NCBI GenBank assembly: GCA_000165345.1 | Contig: CM000434.1 | Span: 160,001-224,000, forward strand | Direction: 5' to 3' | Length of the DNA stretch: 64,000 nt | Shown here: positions 17,690 to 36,156 of the stretch, in pieces | How positions within the stretch are numbered: the stretch's first letter is position 1 | How the letters are laid out: each line of letters starts with the position of its first letter | The notes under the pieces: model-generated | What the model was told of the DNA's origin: nothing | Database searches by the model: none | What the model saw: only the letters and a program-made list of their open reading frames with translations | Program-made: the position numbers and the translations under genes

Positions 17690-20600
17690 ATGTCAAAATA
17701 CACATTCACTGAATATAGAAGATTGAATAATTCTATATTCAGATTGGATGTATTTCCATTCATTACTATTTATATTGTTTTAATTTCAATCTTATTAGGA
17801 GAAATCTTCAGTTTAAGTAAAACAATCACTTATAAAGATGTTTTTGATTCATTCATTTATTTAATAAATTTCATACAAAATCTTAATAATTTAAATAATA
17901 CCATAAATTCGGTACCAGTACAAAATAATGAAATATTTAATGATTTAATATCAAATAATACAAATTATTTAAATGCTTCTGAATTGGATGATTCAAATTT
18001 AAGTGAAGAATTACAACTTATTATTGATAATGTTCCAATTAAATATATTGTTGCAATTTTTATCACAATTTTAATAAATTTATTAACTTTTCTTATGACT
18101 CAATGGAATTTGAAATTTAAAAGTATTATTTGTTTTAGTAAAATAAAAAAAAAATCAAATGGAACTTGTACAAGTTTAAATAATAAAACCACTACACATA
18201 TTATGGTAAATAGTTCCAAATATCCAAGTGAACTTTGTCCTTTAAAATATTCAACATGTATTGAACATGTTGGAAAACTTAAAGATTTTTATTCTTTAAC
18301 AAAAATTAAATCATGTTCAATTATTAATATGAACAAATCTTTTATTATACAAGTTGATGCAATTGATTATTATAAATATAAATCAGAAATTGAGAAAATT
18401 CTTTTAAAAAATATTAATAAAAGTGATAATTCCAATTTATTACCAAATTCTTCAAATATTAATTGGATAAAATTGATTAATTATGAAAAGAAAACTTTTA
18501 TATATAATAAATCAAAAGAAACTTTTATTAAAGCAAATTATCCAATAAATCTTCCAATAAAATCATATTTTGATCAATTAATACATAAAGGTGGTTTAAA
18601 TATGAATGAAATTATACTTCATAATAATTTATATGGAATTAATAATTATGAAATACCAAAAGAAAAATTTCTGGATTTATTTATTGAACAAATTATATCA
18701 CCTTTTTTCTTATTTCAAATATTTTGTGTATTACTATGGATACTTGATGAATATTGGCAAATGAGTTTATTTACTTTATTTATGTTATGTACTTAAGAGG
18801 CTCAAATGGTATTTAGAAGACTTAAAGAATCTGATGAAGTTAGAAATATGAGAAGACCATCATGTTTTATTCTTGTATATAGAGAATATACTTGGAAATA
18901 TATTAATACTGATCATTTATTACCTGGTGATATTATTGCAATTTCATCCACAATTTCTTCCAATTCTTTAAAAAATAAGAATTTTGATGAAAATAATAAT
19001 AATAATAATCAAGATGAAGAAGCAGTTTCTATTGCTCCTTGTGATTTTGTATTATTATCTGGAAGTATTACTGTAAATGAAGCAATGCTTACTGGTGAAT
19101 GTACTCCAAAAATGAAAGTATCAATGAATAATGACGAAGATGAAAATGAACAAGATAATAAATTGAATGAAAAGACTTTTGATATTGATGGATTTAAAAA
19201 TCATGTAATATTTGCAGGTACCAATATTATACTTACAAGATCTTCAATTGTTACAGAAAATAAAGAGTTCCAATCTATTATTAAAAAGATTTCAAATGAA
19301 TACCATAATTGTTATAATGTTGATAATATGAACTCTATTAAGAATCCAATGAACTTTAATGAAAAGTATAATAATAATGTCACTTCTTCTTACATTAAAT
19401 ATGATAATGATAAAATGATTTGTATTGGATATGTTCTTAGAACTGGATTTAATACTTATCAAGGAAAATTAATCCGTACAATTTCATCATCAGCTGAAAA
19501 GATCTCATCTAACAGTCTTGAATCACTAATTTTCTTAATGATGTTAATTTTTTGCTCATTAATAGCATCTTCTTATGTACTTTATTATGGAATTAATGAT
19601 CCTTCCAGAAATAAATTCAAATTAATTATCTCCTGCATTCACATTATAACTTCAGTTATTCCTCCAGAATTCCCCATCACACTTTCTGTTGCTGTAACTA
19701 TGGCAGTTGTTCAATTAACCAAAAAAAAGATTTATTGTACTGAACCATTTAGAATTCCATTTGCTGGTAAACTTAGAATATGTGCTTTTGATAAAACTGG
19801 TACTTTAACTAGTGATAAAATGATACCACATGGATTATTTGGAATTAACTTGTATAATAATGATGATACTTCTTGTATTACTTTTGATGATAATGATAAG
19901 TATAGTAATAACAATGAAGATAAGGATGAGATGAACAATAAAAAGTTAGCATCAGTATCGGGATCAAGGCAAGTGTTGGGATCAGAACCAATATCCAATT
20001 CTTCTGTTGATATACCATATTTATCTGATCTTATTATGGGATGTTGTAATGGACTTTCACTTAATGGAAAGACCTTGGTTGGAGATCCTATGGAAAAATC
20101 CATCAAAAAGAAATCATCCTGGAGAATTCATCACTCATCTGAAAATAATTATCATAACATTAAAGATAATTCAACATTTTCAATAGTTAGAAGATATCCT
20201 TTTTCACCAGAAGAACAAAGAATGACCAATATTGGAATTTTGCATATTCCTTCAGAAAAACAAAATTCATCATCAAGTAAATCTCAAACTTCTTCATCTT
20301 CATCTCAATCTCTATCTCCGTCTCATTCTGTAAAATTTCATAAAAGTCTTTCAAAACCTGATCCAAAAACTTATGGTCTTGTCATTTCTAAAGGAAGTCC
20401 AGAAATGATGCTTCAATTCTTTAAAAAAGATCCAGAATTTGATCAAAATTTATACAAAAATGTTGTACATGAATGTACTAAAAAAGGGTATCGTATATTA
20501 GCACTTGGTTCAAAATATTCTTGTATTAATGAAGTTAATAATCATCATTTAAAAAGAGAATTCTTTGAAAATGATTTAATATTTTGTGGTTTTCTTGCAT

Positions 20601-22072
20601 TATATTGTCCAATTAAAAAACATTCCAAATCTGTTATTCAAGAACTTAATCAAAGTAATCATCAATGTATTATGATTACTGGTGACAATATTCTTACAGC
20701 TTTCCATGTTGCAAAAAATGTATCAATTACCAATAATTGTAAAGATATACTCATTTTATCAAAATCTGATAATGAAAACTCTAATCATATTAATTATATA
20801 TGGAAATATTCAAATGGTAATATTTTTAATAAATTTGATAATAATTTAACTCATTTAATTCATATTAATAATGAATTTAATATTGGTATTACTGGTAATG
20901 TATTCCAATCTTTTATTGAAGACTTCAAAGAAACCAAAATACTTGAACAATTTCTTTTATTTACAAAAATATATGCAAGAATGTCTCCAAAAAATAAACA
21001 AACTCTTATTAATCTTTATAATAATATGGGTAATATGACTTTAATGTGTGGAGATGGTACCAATGATGTTGGTGCTTTAAAACATTCTCATGTTGGTATT
21101 TCTCTTCTTTCAAATGAATCATCATCAGATTCTAATAATAAAGATAATAATAATTCTCCATTTAATATTAAAAAAAATCAAAAATCCAACTTTTTTGAAA
21201 TTAAAAAAGATATTGAAGCCAGAATTAGACGTGGTGAAAAGCTTACAAAAGCTCAAATTCAACAAGAAATCTTGAAAGAATTCCAAAATATGGATGAAAT
21301 ACCAAAAGTAAAACTTGGAGATGCTTCTATTGCTTCACCTTTTACATATAAAGGTGAATCTCCCAATTGTATTATTAAACTTGTTAGATATGGAAGATCA
21401 ACTTTAACCACAGTATTATTAATGTATAAATTAATGGGATTAAATAGTATTGTATCTGCATTTTCTATGAGTGTATTAGCTCATGATGGAGTTAAATTTG
21501 GTGATTTTCAAACTACTGTAGAATCCATTATTATGAGTGGCTTATTCTTTCTTGTACTTAAAAACAAGCCAGCTAAAAAGCTTGTTCCACAAAAACCACC
21601 AAATAGTATTTTCAGTCCTATGATATTTTTATCATTTATTATTCAAGCATTAATTCATTTATTTGTTATTTATTTTGGATGGAAAATTTCATATTCTTTA
21701 ATGCCATTAAACTATTCAACAAATATTGATGGACCTTTTGAACCAAATATTATTAATACAACAATGTATTATTTATATACAGCTTGTCACTTAGCTTGTT
21801 TTCTTTCAAATGCACAAGGTCATCCATTTACTACTCCATTATCTGAAAATAAATATCTTATTTACACTTCAGCTTTAGTTATTTCATTCTTAATTACTTC
21901 AATTCTAGGAATATTTCCACATTTAAATATATTATTTTCATTGGTAACTTTACAAAGTAAATATTATCAATCAATTCTAATACTTCTTGTATTATTTGAT
22001 ATTTTTGGTACTCTATTAATTAATCAATTATTTAATCAACTTCATATTTACTTTGACAAATGCAAACATTAA
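17690..22072 (+). CDS. P5A-type cation-transporting ATPase (Spf1/ATP13A1-like); one reading frame interrupted by an in-frame TAA at 18794-18796
   Basis: The two listed ORFs 17690-18796 and 18806-22072 are in the same frame, and the M2 helix region continues across the stop (...FTLFMLCT*EAQMVFRRLKESDEVRNM). P-type motifs ICAFDKTGTLT, ITGDNILTAF and GDGTNDVGALK are present, plus the P5 M4 motif SVIPPEFPITLS. The low-complexity insert NENNNNNNQDEE is in the A-domain region. Confidence 0.75.
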
Positions 22073-22196
22073 GAACAAATAATATATATGGGTCCTTTTT
22101 TTTTCCTTTTTTAATTATTATTTAAAAGAAATAAAATATCTTGGATATATCATTTTTTAAAAATAATAATAATAATTAAAAATGGAAAAAAAACTT

Positions 22197-28010
<5,814 letters not shown>

Positions 28011-29076
28011 ACTTTTTTCCTTTTAACTTTAAATTACAGAGATTCTTGTCTTACCCATCCACAAAATCTTAATATTCTAGACTTTTAATCTCTGTTACTT
28101 TAATAATTTTTGTATATTCCTGTTAAATATATTTTGCAGTGTATTTTTCAATTTTCCTTCCCCGCTTTTTTATTTTACATGTACTTTCTGTGGGGTACTC
28201 ACCTTTAAAGCTTAAATAAACCCGGCAAAATAACATGTCAATATTTACATTGAAAAAGAACACTTCATTTATAAAATATTATCCACTTTATAGAGAAATT
28301 TTTTTTACTTAGTTTGAAATTCCCTCTCAATTAAATTATTAATTAATACCATTAAACTTCTAAACCTAAAATATTTCTTTACTTATGTTTTAATACATTT
28401 ATTTTTTTAACATTAATTTTTTTCTCCCTATAATGCAATATTTTTTTTGTCCACATAAATATTAACACCGGTATCAAAAATAATGCATGTGGAAAATAAT
28501 TTTTGTTGACAGCATGCACAAAATTTATGCAGATGCATGCAATACACGTGTTTTTTATTTAATACTTTTACATTTGGAACAAAAAACAGTTAAATTTTTT
28601 TTCCTTCTTTAAAGAATAATTAAGAAATTAATATAAATATATTAATAATAATAAATAATAATAAAAGTAATAGTAATAAATAATCATTATTATACGAAGA
28701 GAAACAGTTAAAGATAGCTTGGAATAATTCAATATTAAAAAAAAAAGTAAAAAAAACAGAAAGAATTAATAATACGAATATTACTATTATTGCTGTAATT
28801 TTACAGATAAAACAAAACTATTACTAATATTATTTTTATTATTATTAAATTTTTTAAAAATTATTCAATAAATTGTGAATAAGAGAAGTATCTTATGTGT
28901 ATTCAAGCATATTGATTATCTGAGTTAAATCAGAGCTTGGATTATATTAATAAAAAAAAATTTGTTTCAGTTAAAGTTTGTGGGAATAAAGAAAAATCGG
29001 ACTTGAATGAAAGAATAAAACAATAATTAACTTATATTTTTTTAATAATTAATTAACAATACAAATAACATATATG

Positions 29077-29117
<41 letters not shown>

Positions 29118-29163
29118 TTATACATATATACATGTATAAATATATATAAATAATTAAATAAAG

Positions 29164-30507
29164 ATGAATAATCAAAACATTACTCCAAAAAAACACAAAT
29201 ATGTGAATGAAAATTCCAGTCAAATGTTGAATTATGAAAATGAATTGAATGGAAAATTAATATCTCCTCCATATACAAGCGATGAAAGTAGTCATTCAAA
29301 TCATCAAAGCAATGATCGACTTAATCATCAACATAATTTAAGACATATTAATAGTTATAGGGCTTCAATATCCACAAATAATACATTAAGCTCACCAAGA
29401 AGCAGTGAAGTCATTGGTGAAATGATATATGATTCAGGTAACAATAGTGTTGATATTGGTAAGAATATGATAGGAGTGAATAAAGAAAACTACATTCTAA
29501 TGAATCATGAAAATGAGAAAAATATTCCAAGTAATAGCAAATCATCAATTAGTCAAAATATCGATGATCTTGTCATACAAAGAATTAGTAGTAGCAAAAG
29601 AAAAAGAATGAGAAGAATTCCATCATCTTCTAGAAATATATCATCTAAAATAGAAATGGAAATCAATCATCAAAAGAGTTTAATTAATATTAACAATGAT
29701 GAACCAAACACAAGAAATTACAACCCAAGCTCATTTAAATTCACTTCCTTGATTGATACAAATTCTGAAGAATTTAATTCTATGCCTCACTCAATGCAGA
29801 AGAAAATATTACAAATGATTAGAAATAGACAATCAGCTCAAAAACATAGAGATAAACAAAAAATTGAAAGACAAAATTTAATACAAGAAAATATATCTCT
29901 AAGAGCAAAAATTGTTGAATTGACTAATGAATTACAAGAACTTAGAGCTAAACAATTTGCTATACTTGAACAAGAGGGAATGCTTTCACATATTAAAAAT
30001 GGATATAGATTTACTAATTATAATATGAATACTCAACTAAGTAATATTAATGGAAATATTATCGCAAGTAAAAGAATTGATAACATTAATAATTGTGTTA
30101 ACAATAGAAATAGTCTTGGAAATGAAGATACAGAAATCAATCATCACAATATTATTTGTAATGATAATTTACTCAATGAAAAAAGTAAGACTAAGATAGA
30201 TAATATTGGAGTTAAAAATCAAGAAATTGATTGTGGATTTGATTTTGCTCCTGTTGATGAGTATTCAAATATTGGGATATGGAATTCCATATGTGATACT
30301 GGTCATGGTAATACTACTACCAATGGTAATCATCATTTAACTGCTAATAATAGTAATATTGTAAGAAGTAACAACTTTTGCAATCAATTAACAATACATC
30401 CTAATATTGATGTATTACCTTGGATTGGTAGTGTTGGTGTTGGTGGAGTTGTTACATGGAATAAACAAAATAATTTTGTCGAAGACATGCTTATAAGCAG
30501 TAAATAA
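29164..30507 (+). CDS. bZIP-type transcription factor-like protein
   Basis: The basic region KKILQMIRNRQSAQKHRDKQK fits the N-x7-R bZIP consensus (RNRxSAxKxRxKxK). It is followed by a heptad Leu/Ile zipper IERQNLIQENISLRAKIVELTNELQELRAKQFAIL. The rest is Asn/Ser-rich low complexity. Confidence 0.5.
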   Translation: MNNQNITPKKHKYVNENSSQMLNYENELNGKLISPPYTSDESSHSNHQSNDRLNHQHNLRHINSYRASISTNNTLSSPRSSEVIGEMIYDSGNNSVDIGKNMIGVNKENYILMNHENEKNIPSNSKSSISQNIDDLVIQRISSSKRKRMRRIPSSSRNISSKIEMEINHQKSLININNDEPNTRNYNPSSFKFTSLIDTNSEEFNSMPHSMQKKILQMIRNRQSAQKHRDKQKIERQNLIQENISLRAKIVELTNELQELRAKQFAILEQEGMLSHIKNGYRFTNYNMNTQLSNINGNIIASKRIDNINNCVNNRNSLGNEDTEINHHNIICNDNLLNEKSKTKIDNIGVKNQEIDCGFDFAPVDEYSNIGIWNSICDTGHGNTTTNGNHHLTANNSNIVRSNNFCNQLTIHPNIDVLPWIGSVGVGGVVTWNKQNNFVEDMLISSK

Positions 30508-30950
30508 TTTCTGATTTATAGATTACCTGAATTTGAGTTCAATAAGGAAAGAAAAAATAACATAGGAAAATTGAGATTCGGAACCAATGCTCATTTTCCT
30601 TCTTAATATTACAAGATCAGTTGATTGAATATATTTAATGTTTAAGCTTTACAATGCTAAAATATTACTACGTAATGTGGAAAAATTAAAAAATTCAATA
30701 AGCGGTGAGAGAAAATATTAATTTTGAATTGATAAATACTAAAGAAAGAATATAATAAAGAAAATTTCCTCCTTTTTTTTAAAAAAAAAAAGCTCTAAAT
30801 GCAACTCAATTAACACTGAAAAGAAGATAAAAATAATATTAATGTAAAGAACTTAATGTTTAATTTTCAAATTTTCATTCGGTTCAGAATTCATTATTGA
30901 TCGTTTAGGACCTTACCCCCACAAGATTTACAGTTTTACCTAAGTAAAAT

Positions 30951-31973
30951 ATGAATTCTGAGAAAGAAATCAAACAAGATAATTCACAAAATGTGTCTAA
31001 AGATAGTGAAAGTGAAGAAGAACCAATAAAAAGTTTGAGAATTGGAATAGACTATCCAGTATATGATGATGATGAAGAAATTAATATACAATGTGGAAGA
31101 ATTGGTGAAATCGAAAATTTATCAAAATGCAAGGAACTAAGATCCCTGATGTTAATTTCAAATCATATAAGAAAAATCAAGAATCTGGATGAATTAATAC
31201 AATTGAAAACTTTGGAGCTTTACCAAAACAAAATTAAAAAAATTGAAAATTTAGAGAAATTGGTTAATTTGGAGGTTTTAGATTTGTCGTTTAATCGAAT
31301 AAAAAAGCTAGAGAATCTTGAAAATCAAAATAAGCTTAAAAAGCTGTTTCTAACAAATAATAAGATTAAAATCATACAAGGATTAAATAATAATAAAGAA
31401 TTAAAATTACTAGAACTTGGAAGTAATGATATCAGAATTATTGAGAATATTGATCATTTAAGTGAGCTGGAGGAACTTTGGCTTGGAAAAAATAAAATCA
31501 CTACTTTAGATGATATCCCATTATTTCAAAATATCAAAATAATAAGTTTACAGAGTAACCGTATTGTAAATTGGTCAATTAATTTCTCAAAAAATGTGAA
31601 TAATGTCCAAGAATTATATTTAAGTGATAATCAGTTAATTAGTCCAGATGAAGTCTACTTTGATTCTTTTCAGAATTTAAAAGTCTTAGATTTGGGTGGA
31701 AATAAAATTCAAAATTTGGAAGCTATATCCAAGATTGAATCTTTAGAAGAGCTTTGGATTAATGATAACGATATATGTGATATTAATCAGCTTGAACTTT
31801 TAAAAAACTTAAGAAATCTCCAAACCTTATATTTGGAAAGAAATCCTATTCAAAACCAGTTAGGGCCTGCATATAGACTAACTGTTATTAAAATTGTACC
31901 TTGGATTACTCAACTGGATGCAATACCAATTAATCGAAGTGGAGAAATTCATTTTATTCAATCTTCTTCTTAA
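30951..31973 (+). CDS. SDS22: Protein phosphatase 1 regulatory subunit 7 (SDS22), leucine-rich repeat protein
   Basis: Eleven 22-residue LRRs of the SDS22 type (L..L..L.L..N.I..IENL) with LRRcap. Strong similarity to SDS22 across LDLSFNRIKKLENLEN..LKKLFLTNNKIKIIQGL..LKLLELGSNDIRIIENIDHLSELEELWLGKNKITTL...LYLERNPIQ. Confidence 0.85.
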   Translation: MNSEKEIKQDNSQNVSKDSESEEEPIKSLRIGIDYPVYDDDEEINIQCGRIGEIENLSKCKELRSLMLISNHIRKIKNLDELIQLKTLELYQNKIKKIENLEKLVNLEVLDLSFNRIKKLENLENQNKLKKLFLTNNKIKIIQGLNNNKELKLLELGSNDIRIIENIDHLSELEELWLGKNKITTLDDIPLFQNIKIISLQSNRIVNWSINFSKNVNNVQELYLSDNQLISPDEVYFDSFQNLKVLDLGGNKIQNLEAISKIESLEELWINDNDICDINQLELLKNLRNLQTLYLERNPIQNQLGPAYRLTVIKIVPWITQLDAIPINRSGEIHFIQSSS

Positions 31974-32330
31974 AAATTATTTATACTCAATTCAATTCAA
32001 AACTAAGTGAATATTAATTAAATTTTTTCAAAATAAAAAAAACAAAAATGTTAAATTAAAAGTCTAATCATTCTAAAATTATTAATTAAAAATTATCTTA
32101 AAATAAAAATTTAAGAATCAATCATTTAATATTACTCAATCCTTATTCTTAATGCTTTATCTTCATCATTATCGTTATCATTATCATCATTATTGCTATC
32201 ATCATCATCATCATCATCATCACCACCATCATTCTATCTTATTTCTGGAATATAAGAAATAATATTTCTTAAGTAAATATAGGAAATGAAAGAAAATCTC
32301 AATAAAAATTTCCTTCTTTTCCTTTTAATC

Positions 32331-35303
32331 TCAAGAAAAATCATATCCAAATACAGTTCTCTTTGGCTGAGCTGATGATCCTTTACTTTCACACCATTTA
32401 ATAAATTCTGGATTACTACCACATGTGTATACATCATTAACATAACAGCATCCACATGATGTTGCTCCATCAGAAAAAGATATTACACCAATTGGATTTG
32501 GCCAATATAATGGAGGATAGAAAGTTCCAAGCCAACCAATAACAAAGTAAAATAAGAGTAAAATTCCTGATAAGATTCTAAAAGTCCACAATAATTTCTT
32601 TTCACGAAGACTTTTAATACGATTCTTGAAATATATTTTAATTTTGTTCTTTATTGGTATCTTTTCAGTTGGAATACGATCAATCAAAATGGTTAAATCT
32701 GTACGCCTTTTTATTCCATTTTCATCTACAATTAAACCAAGACTATCAGTAATTTCTCCTTGGATCTGTTCAATCTTCATTTGTTTAATTAAAGCATTTT
32801 TCTTTATACGTTGGTTTTTTCTCCATTGCTCAGCGATTTTGGCATTTCTTTTTTCAATCTTTCTTATTTTCTTCTCCTCAAGTTGACGATTAATCCATTC
32901 TTTATCTTGTTTCATAAAAAGTCGAAATAATGGAAGAGCTGCCATTCTATTATATCTATCTAATCTATCCTCAGGAGAACAACCTTTACAAGCTTTCATT
33001 GTAGCGAATGTATAAAGTATACCAACTACAAAACCACCAATATGCGCCCATGGATTTGTTACACCTGTAAATGATAAAATCATACCAATAATAAGCGAAA
33101 ATAAACTAAAAATGAACATAAACATTGGTGCAGGAAGATTATTCCAATTCTCAAAAGTATATGGAATTGAAGCTGCTGTAATTCCAAATAAACCACCAGA
33201 ACTTCCAACAGTTAGTGAACAAGGAGATATTACTGCTACTGCTAGATTACCACCAACACCTGATAAGAAGAATAATAAGAAGAAACGTAAAATGCCCCAA
33301 TCTGGTTCAATCATATATCCTAATTGAGCTTGAGATATTACATTAAATCCAATATGTATAAATCCAGTATGCATCCACATTGCCCAAAACATACGAATCA
33401 TTTCACCTTGTCTTAATTCATTAACAACTAAACCTCCAAGAGCACTTAAAGTTTTTGAACAAGGTCCAAGCATAGAGTTCATACTGAAAGATTCAACATA
33501 TACACCACCACAATTACCATTATCCCATTTATTAAGACGATTGTAAATGAGAGATTGGAAGAAAACACCAACTAGAGCAAATGATGTTGTTAATACAACA
33601 AATATTCTTCCATGTATTGGATTAACCCATTTTCTGAATTTGGAAGCAATTTTTGTTTGAGAAATTGGGTCTAATTCACTAACATGATATGATTTATCAA
33701 CTTTAATAGCATCTAATGGAAGTTCTTTTGCATAAGGTCCAACAGCAATATCAATTTGAGTTTCTTCTCCATAAAGCCATTTAAGATGTCCAGTAAGTCC
33801 ATGTTCATCAAGTTTAAATGTATTACCATGTTCAAGACTGGTCGAACTTTTAAGCTTTTGTTGTTGGTTTTGGATTTCACCCATCTTTACCATTTGTACA
33901 CTAGTTCTACCTACAGCTTTGCCTTCATTTGCAAGTTCTTCATCATAATTAACAACTTGAGATTCCGATACTCTATGATTTGTTGTTGGTATTGTTAATC
34001 CATCTGGTCCTAATAAATTATTATTATTACCTAAAACTATTGGTACACCTAATCCAGAAATGGCTCCTTGATTTCCATTATTTTCATCATTTTCTTCTGG
34101 TTCAATATTTACCATAGCTTCAACAATTGTTTTAAAGCCTTTCTTTTTTGAAATGGACCGTCTTAGGTTATTCATTCCACTGGATTTACTAATATTTCCA
34201 TTGGATGATAATCTTGTTTGAATAGAATTTGGAGCCGGAGCTGGAGCTGGAGCTGGAGCTGGAGTTGGAACAGGAGTTTGAGCTGAAGCTGGAACAGGAA
34301 CTGGTACCGGTACTATAACTGGAGCTGAATTTTTATTGTGTTTTGGGACAATCTTAGTATTTAAAATTGAGTTTCTCGGTCTTGTATCATTCGGATTTGG
34401 AATATCAACAACAACTTTATTCCCAGAAAAGGAATCACCTCTATTCAAGCTATTTTTATGTTGATTACTAAATTGATCATTTCCAATTTTTCTCTCTTGA
34501 ACCTCATCAGAAGGCATAATTACCTCCATTCCATTAATTACTTCGGTACCTCCTAATACAGCCCCTCCTGCTTTGCTATAAAGAGAAGTTGAAGTCCTTT
34601 TTTCTCCTGGTTTATTTGAATGCGGAAATTCACTTTCTGTTAAATCTCTACCTCTTGATTGGAATTTCTTTGGAACATTCTTTCTCTCATCAGAACTGGC
34701 TGGAGGAACACTGAATAATCTTAATTCATCATTGGTTGGATGTCTTCTTTCATTTAAATCTTCATCTTTATTGTAGTCTGGTTGTAATCTTAAAGATTTT
34801 CTTGGAGAAGGTTGAGCTGAATTAACTTCTTTATCTGTTGAAATTTTTTTCACTAAAAGTGGAGTAGGAGTAGCATTACTGGTATTATATTTATTTTCTG
34901 TTGATCCTCCTGGTGTTTGTTTTGCCTTAGTTATTATTGGAAAGGAATTCTTAGTTGAATATTTTGATCCATTTTGATTTTTTGGAGAAACTTTCATTGG
35001 TTTATTCATTCCAAATAAATTATTGGCCTTTGAATCAACACCTAAATTACTTCCACTTAATGATGAATTTCTTTTGAATGATGAAGATCTTTGTGGTGAT
35101 AAAGGAGTTATACTTGATCTTGGAGAAGAACCTGATCCACCACTAAATTTTGGCATTGGAGCACGCGATCCTCCTCCACTAGTACCAGCGCCAAATATAG
35201 GTGATCCTGGTGATGTTGGAGATCCTGATGTACCACCACCTGGGATTGTTTTTACTATGGGTCTTTTTCCTCCATCTTTGAAAACAAAATCGGACATATC
35301 CAT
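32331..35303 (-). CDS. Rhomboid-family intramembrane serine protease with a long N-terminal low-complexity extension and a C-terminal extra TM plus Cys-rich tail
   Basis: ATG verified (MDMSDFVFKDGG). The rhomboid core carries WMHTGFIHIGFNV (TM2 H..N), GSSGGLFG (GxSG catalytic Ser) and PWAHIGGFVVG (catalytic His). The N-terminal ~560 aa are Gly/Ser/Pro-rich with PVPVPVPASAQTPVPTPAPAPAPAPAP. After the core come a Lys/Arg-rich coiled segment, one more TM and SCGCCYVNDVYTCGSNPEFIKWCESKG. Confidence 0.75.
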   Translation of the reverse strand: MDMSDFVFKDGGKRPIVKTIPGGGTSGSPTSPGSPIFGAGTSGGGSRAPMPKFSGGSGSSPRSSITPLSPQRSSSFKRNSSLSGSNLGVDSKANNLFGMNKPMKVSPKNQNGSKYSTKNSFPIITKAKQTPGGSTENKYNTSNATPTPLLVKKISTDKEVNSAQPSPRKSLRLQPDYNKDEDLNERRHPTNDELRLFSVPPASSDERKNVPKKFQSRGRDLTESEFPHSNKPGEKRTSTSLYSKAGGAVLGGTEVINGMEVIMPSDEVQERKIGNDQFSNQHKNSLNRGDSFSGNKVVVDIPNPNDTRPRNSILNTKIVPKHNKNSAPVIVPVPVPVPASAQTPVPTPAPAPAPAPAPNSIQTRLSSNGNISKSSGMNNLRRSISKKKGFKTIVEAMVNIEPEENDENNGNQGAISGLGVPIVLGNNNNLLGPDGLTIPTTNHRVSESQVVNYDEELANEGKAVGRTSVQMVKMGEIQNQQQKLKSSTSLEHGNTFKLDEHGLTGHLKWLYGEETQIDIAVGPYAKELPLDAIKVDKSYHVSELDPISQTKIASKFRKWVNPIHGRIFVVLTTSFALVGVFFQSLIYNRLNKWDNGNCGGVYVESFSMNSMLGPCSKTLSALGGLVVNELRQGEMIRMFWAMWMHTGFIHIGFNVISQAQLGYMIEPDWGILRFFLLFFLSGVGGNLAVAVISPCSLTVGSSGGLFGITAASIPYTFENWNNLPAPMFMFIFSLFSLIIGMILSFTGVTNPWAHIGGFVVGILYTFATMKACKGCSPEDRLDRYNRMAALPLFRLFMKQDKEWINRQLEEKKIRKIEKRNAKIAEQWRKNQRIKKNALIKQMKIEQIQGEITDSLGLIVDENGIKRRTDLTILIDRIPTEKIPIKNKIKIYFKNRIKSLREKKLLWTFRILSGILLLFYFVIGWLGTFYPPLYWPNPIGVISFSDGATSCGCCYVNDVYTCGSNPEFIKWCESKGSSAQPKRTVFGYDFS

Positions 35304-36110
35304 TTTATCTTTTCCTAATAATTATATTTTTTTCTTCTTTATTTATATTAATTGGTAGAAAAGGGTTTATTTTTGTGAGAAGGGGATTAATATTATATTA
35401 AAAATTAATCTCAGGGAGTTTGAATAGATACAAAAACTTTTCCCCCAAGTAAATATATTTATATTTTAATATATTCTTTTCAAATTATATTAATCCTTTA
35501 ATTTCTCTTTCTTTCTCGTTATTGCTATTATTTATTATTATCCTCAAATATAAATAAATATTCTTCTTAATAACTATTCGATATTGATTTTGAATGAATT
35601 CTCCTTACAAACTTTTCTTTGTTCACTTCTAATTCGTTAATTCAGTCTGAATCTTCTGTAATATTCAAATGTTAATATTCAATTATTTTCAGTAATTAAA
35701 TCTTATAAATCATTGATTTCTAGCTAGTTATTTTATTCTGTACTCTTCAAACCCAAAAAAAAAACTACTTAACTTGGTCCTAACTTTATTAAATTAAATT
35801 TCCAAATCCTCTAGGTAGCACTATTCAAAAATATTTGTATTTAAAAAAGGAAATTTTCTGATTTACTTGTACATTACATTAAAATATGTAGTCCCCTAAT
35901 CACATATATATATACTTATATTTATCAACTTTTTTTCCTCCTCCTCTTTTTAAAATTATCTGTTTAATATTGGTTACACTTTCACAATTATAAGAAGATT
36001 AAGGAAAAAAAAACCAATAAATTACTGTAAACCCATTTATTGACTTTTTTACCCCCACCCTGCATTCCTGCTTCACTTACACACAAAAAGTCTTTAATAG
36101 ACGGATGAAT

Positions 36111-36156
36111 TTTGGCGGGAAATCCGCAATTTTTTTGCATGCTACAAAAAGGCGGG
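36111..36156. promoter_or_regulatory. E2F-like motif cluster: TTTGGCGGGAAAT, then GCATGC, then AAAGGCGGGTTG
   Basis: TTTGGCGGGAAA is the canonical E2F/DP site consensus. It lies ~800 bp upstream of the rhomboid start (minus strand) in a 2 kb region with few ORFs. Confidence 0.4.

Noticed and set aside
18794-18796. Ciliate-type genetic code (TAA/TAG = Gln) as the explanation for the in-frame TAA
   Set aside because: Every other long gene is open in the standard code for thousands of codons. A reassigned code would fragment the six-frame track everywhere, so a single TAA is better explained by error, allele or readthrough.
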